DNA from: a virus
UHGV virus genome: UHGV-0150124
Direction: 5' to 3' (one strand)
Length of the DNA stretch: 53,037 nucleotides
In this document: in pieces, positions 46,223 through 53,037 of the stretch
How positions within the stretch are numbered: the first letter of the stretch is position 1
Layout of the letters: each line of letters begins with the position of its first letter
Made by a program: the position numbers and the translations under genes
Notes under the pieces: generated by a model
The model's input: only the letters and a program-made list of their open reading frames with translations
Database searches by the model: none
Told to the model about the DNA's origin: nothing

Positions 46223-47341
46223 ATGTCACAAAGAAAGATCAGCGATGAGGAACTGATCGCCGAGTACAACAAGGGGAAAACTTACAAGCAAATAGCAGAA
46301 GAATATGGAATGGCAAAACGCAACGTCGAACGCCTGGGCGCACGGTTGGCGAAACGCGGTTTAATATCCACGCGTCGCGCGCCGGGCTTTGGCGTCAATG
46401 GTGAGTCATTGCTCGTCGATAAGGATGGCAATGTGATTATGCGCTGGATTAAAACAGCCCGTGATCGCGATGAAATGGAAAGGCTAATGCAAGCGGCTTG
46501 CGATGCTTTCACGGAAGACATGCCACGCGCGGAGGCCGTGCCAGTGCCGGAAATTGATTTCCAAAAAAGCCTGGCCCTTTATCCGGTATTCGATCTGCAT
46601 ATCGGGGCGCTTGCTCATAAAGCTGAATGCGGTGAGAGCTACGACACCGGGATCGCTGAGCGCGTGCTAAATGATTTCTTTGACTACGCGGTAGGCGCAG
46701 CGCCGATGTCTGAAAAAGCTGTATTGCTTCTCGGTGGGGATGTTCTTCACACTGATGGGCTGTTGCCAGTGACGCCATCAAGCAATCACGTTCTTGATTG
46801 CGATTCACGCTACGCAAAACTTGTTTATGTGGCGATCCGGTCAGTCCGCCGTGCTGTAGGAAAGATGTTGTTAAACCACAAAGAAATCGAAATCCAGGTA
46901 TTATCAGGTAATCACGATCAGTCGGGGATGATTTGGCTACGTGCTGCGCTGGCGGCTTTTTACGAAGATGAACCGCGCGTAACGGTTGACGTGTCACCTG
47001 CTATCGTACACCACACACAGTACGGCAAAACATTCCTTGCTTACCACCACGGACACACCATCAAAAAACCAGAAAATTTGTTGTCTGCCTGCGTCTCTGA
47101 CTGGCGGGAAGATTTCGGTAAGTCTGCGGCGGTTTATGCTCATTGCGGGCACTGGCACCACCAACGGTTGATTGAATCATCGTTAGGCGTTGTTGAGTAT
47201 CACGGCACGTTAGCGGGCAAAGACGCTTATTCAACGAATGGCGGCTGGCGGTCGCGGCGTCTGGCGGCGGTAATAATTTACAGTCCTGATCACGGGGAAA
47301 TCGGGCGCTTTGTTTATTACCCTGAATATTCCATTTTGTAA
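46223..47341 (+). CDS. HTH domain fused to a calcineurin-like metallophosphoesterase
   Basis: Ordered MPE motifs DLH, GGDVLHTDG, GNHD, HHGH, GHWHH; N-terminal HTH-like YKQIAEEYGMAKRNVERL. Confidence 0.6.
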   Translation: MSQRKISDEELIAEYNKGKTYKQIAEEYGMAKRNVERLGARLAKRGLISTRRAPGFGVNGESLLVDKDGNVIMRWIKTARDRDEMERLMQAACDAFTEDMPRAEAVPVPEIDFQKSLALYPVFDLHIGALAHKAECGESYDTGIAERVLNDFFDYAVGAAPMSEKAVLLLGGDVLHTDGLLPVTPSSNHVLDCDSRYAKLVYVAIRSVRRAVGKMLLNHKEIEIQVLSGNHDQSGMIWLRAALAAFYEDEPRVTVDVSPAIVHHTQYGKTFLAYHHGHTIKKPENLLSACVSDWREDFGKSAAVYAHCGHWHHQRLIESSLGVVEYHGTLAGKDAYSTNGGWRSRRLAAVIIYSPDHGEIGRFVYYPEYSIL

Positions 47342-47359
47342 ACCGGAGGTAATGCCATA

Positions 47360-48775
47360 ATGGATTCTGTTAACTCACTGCGACAAGAACGAGAGTCTGC
47401 TGTGATAGGCGGACTCCTGTTAGGCGGGCTTACACCTAACGCGCAAGACGTTCTTGCTACGCTCGATCCTGAAGTGTTCACGATCCCGCTTTATAAACGT
47501 GCGTTTGAAGTTATCCGGGCGCAAGCCAGAAACAGAAATCTTATCGACGCGTTATTGGTTGGCGATGAGATTGGCAATGAAAACTTTGTACCGCTAATGC
47601 AAACGGCACGATCGTGCCCTTCTGCTGCCAACCTGAAAGGATATGCGCAACTACTACAGGAAGAACACCAGCGTCGGCAAATGCTGGAACTAATGGAAGA
47701 CATTCGCTACAAGCTGGAAACAGGGACGCTTGAAGTCGTCAGGGAGACGATGAAAGATTTTGATTCCCGGTATTCAAAATTAAAGGTAACAAAAGATCAA
47801 ATTATCCCGGTGCTGTTGCGCGATGCGGTCCAGGAATACACGGAAGTGTTAAGTAAACGCATGGAGTGTGGCGTGAACTCTGACAACATCAAAACAGGGA
47901 TTGACCCACTCGACGAAATGTTAGGCGGCATTAACGCTACTGATCTGGTGCTTATCGCCGGACGCCCAGGGTCTGGTAAATCGGCGTTGGCGTTGGCAAT
48001 TGCCCGCGCGGCGGCTGAACGCCCATACCCTGGAGGCGAAGGTCAGCGGGTCGGCGTTTTGCTGTTCACGCTTGAAATGTCGCTCGATCAGATGACTGAA
48101 CGTGCTATCGCTGGCGCTGGGAACTTATCAACGGATTGCCTGCGTAATCCGGTAAAACTGGATGACGAAGGTTGGGCGCACGTCACCCAGGGAATGAGTG
48201 CCCTTGCCGATCTCGATGTGTGGATTGTTGACACATCGCAGTTAACGGTCGAGGAAATACGCGCCACCGTCGAACGGATGAAACAGGACCATCCTAACCT
48301 GGGGATGGTAATGATTGACTACATCGGGTTAATGAAGCTGGCTAAGGCCGAACGTCATGATCTCGCCGTAGGGCAATTGTCGTGGTCATTGAAAATGATG
48401 GCGAAAGAGTTGCGCGTGCCAGTGGCGGCGCTGGCGCAATTATCCCGCCGCGTTGAGGAACGACCGAACAAGCGCCCGAACAATTCTGATCTGCGTGATT
48501 CCGGTAATCTTGAGCAGGACGCAGACCGGATCATCATGGTCTACCGCGACGGCTACTACAACGAACAATCGGTTGCCCGCGAATATATGGAGATCATCGT
48601 TTCAAAAAACCGTCACGGGAAAACGGGGACTGTTTACCAGCGGTTTGACGATAACGGCAACATCATCCCATGCGACCAGGCCCGCGCGGCGTCCGCTTGC
48701 ATTCAGTCAATGCAACAACGTCCGGCGGCAAGTCGATTCTCCCCACGAAACAGCCAGAACAACGCATCTTTTTAA
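47360..48775 (+). CDS. DnaB-family replicative DNA helicase
   Basis: 471 aa; Walker A GRPGSGKS; DnaB-like LAQLSRRVE...RDSGNLEQDADRIIMVYRD. Confidence 0.85.
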   Translation: MDSVNSLRQERESAVIGGLLLGGLTPNAQDVLATLDPEVFTIPLYKRAFEVIRAQARNRNLIDALLVGDEIGNENFVPLMQTARSCPSAANLKGYAQLLQEEHQRRQMLELMEDIRYKLETGTLEVVRETMKDFDSRYSKLKVTKDQIIPVLLRDAVQEYTEVLSKRMECGVNSDNIKTGIDPLDEMLGGINATDLVLIAGRPGSGKSALALAIARAAAERPYPGGEGQRVGVLLFTLEMSLDQMTERAIAGAGNLSTDCLRNPVKLDDEGWAHVTQGMSALADLDVWIVDTSQLTVEEIRATVERMKQDHPNLGMVMIDYIGLMKLAKAERHDLAVGQLSWSLKMMAKELRVPVAALAQLSRRVEERPNKRPNNSDLRDSGNLEQDADRIIMVYRDGYYNEQSVAREYMEIIVSKNRHGKTGTVYQRFDDNGNIIPCDQARAASACIQSMQQRPAASRFSPRNSQNNASF

Positions 48776-48854
48776 TTAACTTGAGCAAACGGCTTACCGG
48801 AAAGTTGACCGCTTTCTGGTGGCTGTTTTCGCGCTTAAAACGAGGCGAAAAACA

Positions 48855-49412
48855 ATGAGCATTGAACTTGAAGCAAAAATTATCAATATCCTTGAACTTG
48901 ATGGCATCGACACAATGCACCAGTTACGCCAGAAAACAGGATTATCAGCGGAATATGACGAAGCTGGATGTTTGCCTGAGACAATTAAACACTTAATCGA
49001 CACTGGCATTGTCGAGCGTGTATATACATATTTCGGACCTCGCCGCAGGTTGCTTGGCTATCGAATTAAATATTTGTATGCACAACGTCGCGATCGTGTG
49101 GCATCGTTATTTAGTGACTACAGCGTTAAAAAGCGTATGCGTGACATTAGCGCGGAAACTGGTATTCCGTGGAATTACCTGTCGCGCACGCTGCGTTTAA
49201 TGGTACTGGATGAAACGCTTTGCATAGACACCAATAAGCACGGCCTTAATTTTTACTCACTGTTTAAACCTGGGCGCTTCGGTCACGCTAATGATCTCGC
49301 GTTTGATTTTGACAGCCGCCTGAATGAATACCGGAAAAATAACGGCCTGCTGCCGGATAAACCAGTATTTGAGGTCGAAAAACTTAACGGTGAAACGGGG
49401 TTGGAATTATGA
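48855..49412 (+). CDS. Hypothetical protein
   Basis: Start at MSIELEAK (track ORF starts at 48819). Confidence 0.4.
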   Translation: MSIELEAKIINILELDGIDTMHQLRQKTGLSAEYDEAGCLPETIKHLIDTGIVERVYTYFGPRRRLLGYRIKYLYAQRRDRVASLFSDYSVKKRMRDISAETGIPWNYLSRTLRLMVLDETLCIDTNKHGLNFYSLFKPGRFGHANDLAFDFDSRLNEYRKNNGLLPDKPVFEVEKLNGETGLEL

Positions 49413-49615
49413 TACGGGTAATCTTTTATTCAGTTGAAACGTTTGTTGACGATACGCGCGATTATTATCCGTGGGAAGTATACGACGCAAAGGTGTATAC
49501 ACCGCCACTGATGCGGAAATATAAACACGTAAAATTTAACCGGGTTTTTGTACCAATGCGTGATGCACTGCGGGTGCTGCGCGGTGAATTACGAAACACA
49601 ATGCGTATTGTGTGA
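49409..49615 (+). CDS. Hypothetical protein
   Basis: 68-aa ORF, overlapping stop-start. Confidence 0.35.
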   Translation: MIRVIFYSVETFVDDTRDYYPWEVYDAKVYTPPLMRKYKHVKFNRVFVPMRDALRVLRGELRNTMRIV

Positions 49616-49624
49616 GGGGCGATC

Positions 49625-49822
49625 ATGAATAAGGAGTTAGATTTAACCATTGAAGACTTTAGCACTATTGCGGAATACATGCACGGTGACGATCCTGATA
49701 AACCTGTTGTGGTTGATATGAGATACTTAAAAAGCGCTTTCATGACAAGCTCACGTCTAATTTCTTTGCAGGCGATCATGTATGCGCGGGCGCAGTGGAA
49801 AAACAGTAACGGTGTATTATGA
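49625..49822 (+). CDS. Hypothetical protein
   Basis: 65-aa ORF. Confidence 0.35.
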   Translation: MNKELDLTIEDFSTIAEYMHGDDPDKPVVVDMRYLKSAFMTSSRLISLQAIMYARAQWKNSNGVL

Positions 49823-50250
49823 GGCAAATTAGATTTGAAATAGTAAACGACGCCGTAAAAGAAAACGCTATCAGGCAGATAAGAGAGATCCAGCCTGATA
49901 GCAAAAGCCCGCTGATAATTACCATCCAGGAGAAAACCCGCTCGCTAAGCCAAAATAGCCTTCTATGGGCGTTGCTAACCGACATTAGTGATCAGGTTAA
50001 TTGGTACGGTAAGAAGCTGTCGCCGGAAGACTGGAAAGCGGTATTCACCGCCGGGCTTAAAAAATATGGCGTCGTGCCTAATCTGGATAAATCCGGCTTC
50101 GTTGTATTGGGAACATCTACAAGTCGAATGAGTAAATCAGAATTCAGTGAACTAATCGAATTAATTTACTCGTTCGGTGCTGAACATGATGTTCAATGGT
50201 CGGGTGATACGAAATTAAACGAGGAATTCATAAAACGCTGGGGGCAATAA
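49819..50250 (+). CDS. ninB: NinB (Orf-family) recombination protein
   Basis: TIQEKTRSLSQNSLLWALLTDIS...GFVVLGTSTSRMSKSEFSELIELIYSFGAEH matches lambda NinB by eye. Confidence 0.8.
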   Translation: MRQIRFEIVNDAVKENAIRQIREIQPDSKSPLIITIQEKTRSLSQNSLLWALLTDISDQVNWYGKKLSPEDWKAVFTAGLKKYGVVPNLDKSGFVVLGTSTSRMSKSEFSELIELIYSFGAEHDVQWSGDTKLNEEFIKRWGQ

Positions 50251-50426
50251 TGGCTCGTTATTACATGGCTAAACCTACAGGCATTTTGTATAAGATTGAT
50301 GGCGAATACGTTTATTACTTTCACAACCAGGTGCGTGATTGGCGATTGTGTCACGCGCACTTTAAGCACGAAATAGAAAATCACCCTGAATATTTTATCA
50401 AAGTTGACAATGTAACTGTGGCGTAA
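50250..50426 (+). CDS. Small ORF (~58 aa)
   Basis: Hand-translated MARYYMAKPTGILYKIDGEYVYYFHNQ...; start overlaps ninB stop. Confidence 0.3.
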   Translation: MARYYMAKPTGILYKIDGEYVYYFHNQVRDWRLCHAHFKHEIENHPEYFIKVDNVTVA

Positions 50427-50440
50427 TTGAGGATAAGCAA

Positions 50441-51100
50441 ATGAATAAACTTAAAGCAATTGGCGTGATTAGCCATCGCACTAACCCTGAGTGTTACCCA
50501 TCGTTTGAGGTAACAACATGCCGCACAGAATATAATTTTGGATCATACTATTTATTGGGTGTTCGCGCGGATGGCGGCACTTATTCGGTTATGGCTGCAA
50601 GCTGGAAATTTGATAAATACGCTAATTTATCTAATAAGGATGATGACGGCATGAATAAAGAAAGTGAGATCATTGATGAATTAATCGAAGATGAGCGGCA
50701 TGATTGCGAAACGCAACCAGAAAAAACGGAATGGGCCGTAGGTGATAAACCTCCTGTTAATGTGTGGCTTGATTGTGTAGGTATGACCAGCGGAACGGTT
50801 CTTGATGTCGTCAAGTTTTTATATCTCGGTGATAATTGGGCTATCGCTCACAGTAAATTAATATCAGATGTGGAAACGGTAATTACATGGAAACAATACC
50901 CTTATCGCATTCACATTGACCAGAAAGAAAAGGCACTTGCTGAAATTGCTTTCGCACTGGCTACTAAGGTTATCGGTGAAGATGCGGCGAAAGAGATTAA
51001 CTTTAACCGCGACAACGAATTTTCGTGCGATTATCGCAACATGGCGCAAGCTATTATTGACGGATGTATCGGACACGTTGAATACACGGGGGATAAATAA
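50441..51100 (+). CDS. Hypothetical protein
   Basis: 219-aa ORF between ninB and the excisionase-like gene. Confidence 0.45.
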   Translation: MNKLKAIGVISHRTNPECYPSFEVTTCRTEYNFGSYYLLGVRADGGTYSVMAASWKFDKYANLSNKDDDGMNKESEIIDELIEDERHDCETQPEKTEWAVGDKPPVNVWLDCVGMTSGTVLDVVKFLYLGDNWAIAHSKLISDVETVITWKQYPYRIHIDQKEKALAEIAFALATKVIGEDAAKEINFNRDNEFSCDYRNMAQAIIDGCIGHVEYTGDK

Positions 51101-51330
51101 TGGATAAAACCGGGACAATCCTTCTTAGTCGCCCTGCCATCTGCCGGATGCTTGGGGGAATTAGCAGGGGAACGTTTTACTTATGGCGTAAAAAATGGGA
51201 ACGGAACGGAACTCCGTTCCCCGACCCGGTTGACGTACTTGGGACCGGGCGTGGCGTTATGTACCGCTATCAGGACGTAATGCAGTTCTTTGATCGGATT
51301 GGTTTAACGTCAGCCAAAGATAACACATAA
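51100..51330 (+). CDS. Excisionase / AlpA-like HTH regulator
   Basis: 76 aa; LSRPAICRMLGGISRGTFYLWRKK fits the AlpA/Xis HTH pattern; convergent with and overlapping the integrase 3' end. Confidence 0.6.
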   Translation: MDKTGTILLSRPAICRMLGGISRGTFYLWRKKWERNGTPFPDPVDVLGTGRGVMYRYQDVMQFFDRIGLTSAKDNT

Positions 51331-52484
51331 TCAGCAAACTTATTTAGTGCCTCCTTTTGTTCATCAAGATAATCATATTTGTCGTACACCGCCAGTATTC
51401 CCCTTAATGAATGGCCTAAGATCTTTTCTGCAATATGTACCGGAACACCTATAGCTGAAAGGTGTGTCCGGCACGTCCTGCGGAGGTCGTGACAGGACCA
51501 TGATTTACCGCCCATCCTTTTACGCACGAATATTGCAGCTACTTTTATCACTGATACGTTTACTGGCCTGTTGCCGCCGTTAATCACTGGCGGGAATACA
51601 TAATCATACTCATGGGAGGTTAAAACCTCCCTGAGCATTTTTATCGACAAGTCAGATAATCCCCGCCTGATTTCACTTCTTGTCTTCGCCACCGCCGCCG
51701 GAACGGTCCATACACCGTTGTCCAGATCTAGGTGTTCCCTTCTCATTTTCTGCAATTCACCAACCCTGCACCCGGTTAGCAATAATAGCTTTAAGGCTAT
51801 TTTGTTCTGCGGATAGATCTGCGAACTGTCTACCGTGCGCCAGAAGTGGCCTATCTCCTCACATGAAAGGTAACGCTCCCCCACCGCATAATGCTCGCCA
51901 ACGTCAGCTACACGGATATTGTTTATCGCCGTGTTAGTCATTAGCCCACGCCTGATTGCGCTGTTAACGATGATTTTCATTCGCTTCAATATCAAACCAG
52001 CCGTAACCGCGTGACCCGCCGCAGTGATCTCGCCAAATATATCCATCCACTGTTTTGTCGTTACGTCGTCAGCTATGTAGTCGCCGTACTTGTTGACAAC
52101 ATGGCGCATCAATGCGCTTTTGACTTCTTTATATGCCACCAGCTTAATGACGTTCGGCAGGGATAGATAGTCTTCCACTACGTCTGTTATCGATCTCTTG
52201 CTCTGCTCAAAGGCTACGGCCTGCTTTACGCACAGTGCCGGATTCTTCCCTTTCGCAAGCAACTCCCTGTATTCAGCCACCGCATAGCGTGCGTCTTTCA
52301 GGCTCATTTTCCCGTACTCGCCAACCTTCATTCGCACTGGTTTACCGTTGAATCTGTAACGGTACTGGAAAGTAATTTTCCCTTTTGGACTTATCCTGGC
52401 TGACAGGCCATCACGATCAGCTATCTCGCTTGGGCCGTCATATGGCTTGTTGGCAATAGTCCTTAACCTGGTATCCGTAAGCAT
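51270..52484 (-). CDS. int: Tyrosine integrase (P4-family)
   Basis: 404 aa; N-terminal arm-binding-type domain; catalytic residues in TGCRVGEL, HDLRRT, LGHS and terminal Tyr region. Confidence 0.9.
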   Translation of the reverse strand: MLTDTRLRTIANKPYDGPSEIADRDGLSARISPKGKITFQYRYRFNGKPVRMKVGEYGKMSLKDARYAVAEYRELLAKGKNPALCVKQAVAFEQSKRSITDVVEDYLSLPNVIKLVAYKEVKSALMRHVVNKYGDYIADDVTTKQWMDIFGEITAAGHAVTAGLILKRMKIIVNSAIRRGLMTNTAINNIRVADVGEHYAVGERYLSCEEIGHFWRTVDSSQIYPQNKIALKLLLLTGCRVGELQKMRREHLDLDNGVWTVPAAVAKTRSEIRRGLSDLSIKMLREVLTSHEYDYVFPPVINGGNRPVNVSVIKVAAIFVRKRMGGKSWSCHDLRRTCRTHLSAIGVPVHIAEKILGHSLRGILAVYDKYDYLDEQKEALNKFADYVLSLADVKPIRSKNCITS

Positions 52485-52498
52485 GTTGCCCCCCCCAT

Positions 52499-52520
52499 TT
52501 TGGTCACGTTTTGGTACACA
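52499..52520. repeat. Candidate attR core: TTTGGTCACGTTTTGGTACACA
   Basis: 20/22 identical to 197..218; 15 bp outside the integrase start. Confidence 0.45.
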
Positions 52521-52725
52521 GTTTTTGTTGTACGGATATTAACAGTATTGTACGGAATTAGAAACGTGATGCTTGGCTTTGGTTTCAACCGGATGATTTT
52601 TAAGTAATTTTAGTGTAGAGATTGAACAGAGTTAAACGCCTTTAAGCATAGTGCGCTGGTCCTGTCTGGATCGTTTCGCCCTTTGAGGAACAGTTAATTT
52701 ATGCCAACAGCGCGGCGCGACTGTT

Positions 52726-53037
52726 GATGCAAGACCTCACGTTTAGTCAGCTACGAACCGGTCCCTATTCCGTCTCCTCACAAAAAGAACTGCCGAAATA
52801 CCTCTCCGATCTGCAAAACCAACACGATATTATCGAAATCCTCACCGTTCAACGTAAAGAAGAGGAAACAGCATTAAGCTGTCGGCTTGTTTTGCGAGAG
52901 CTGACAGAAGCAGAACCGGTGATTATTTTCGAAGGTATCGAAGCGCCGGCAACGCTGGGTTTAAAAGCCAGTCGCTCGGCAAATTATCAGCGCAAAAAAC
53001 AAGGTTTTTATGCGAGCTTTTTTCTGACTAACTCTGC
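52726..53037 (+). CDS. Partial host-flank ORF of unknown identity (runs off the window)
   Basis: Open frame from ATG at 52726 to the window end (MQDLTFSQLRTGPYSVSSQKELPKYLSDLQ...); not recognised. Confidence 0.3.

Noticed and set aside
52485-52730. Search for a tRNA or tmRNA 3' end next to the integrase
   Set aside because: No T-arm-like (GGTTCGAATCC-type) or acceptor-stem/CCA structure seen on either strand; cannot be fully excluded without tRNAscan

Overview
This window is almost entirely one ~52.3-kb lambdoid (siphovirus-type) prophage, apparently complete. It is bounded by a 22-bp imperfect direct repeat (197..218 and 52499..52520, 20/22 identical) that I interpret as attL/attR, leaving ~200 bp of host DNA on the left and ~520 bp on the right (one partial host ORF of unknown identity). 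All calls are from reading the sequence and translated ORFs by eye; no database search was run. Layout, left to right on the + strand: minus-strand late operon (tail fibre, lambda J/I/K/L/M-like tail tip module, tape measure, tail and head genes, portal, large and small terminase); a lysis cassette (pinholin-like holin, SAR endolysin, Rz with embedded Rz1) preceded by a tR'-like terminator; ~18 small ORFs; lambda-type Q, RusA and NinG; an adenine and a putative cytosine DNA methyltransferase; many small early genes; SSB; Erf; a P22-N-like antiterminator with a candidate nutL; a cI-type repressor (42344..42991); then a plus-strand arm with a replication initiator, an AT-rich nuclease-domain moron, an HTH-metallophosphoesterase, a DnaB-type helicase, NinB, an excisionase-like gene and a P4-family tyrosine integrase on the minus strand at the right end. 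No tRNA, rRNA, CRISPR array or IS element was seen. The most unusual items are a dense run of eight 22-35-aa hydrophobic-peptide ORFs between terS and the lysis region, the AT-rich gene with a C-terminal DUF559/Vsr-like domain inside the replication operon, three opposite-strand moron cassettes with their own promoters and terminators embedded in the tail operon (one behind a perfect CRP-consensus palindrome), and a recurring CCATTTTGTA(A/T)AC motif at operon boundaries.
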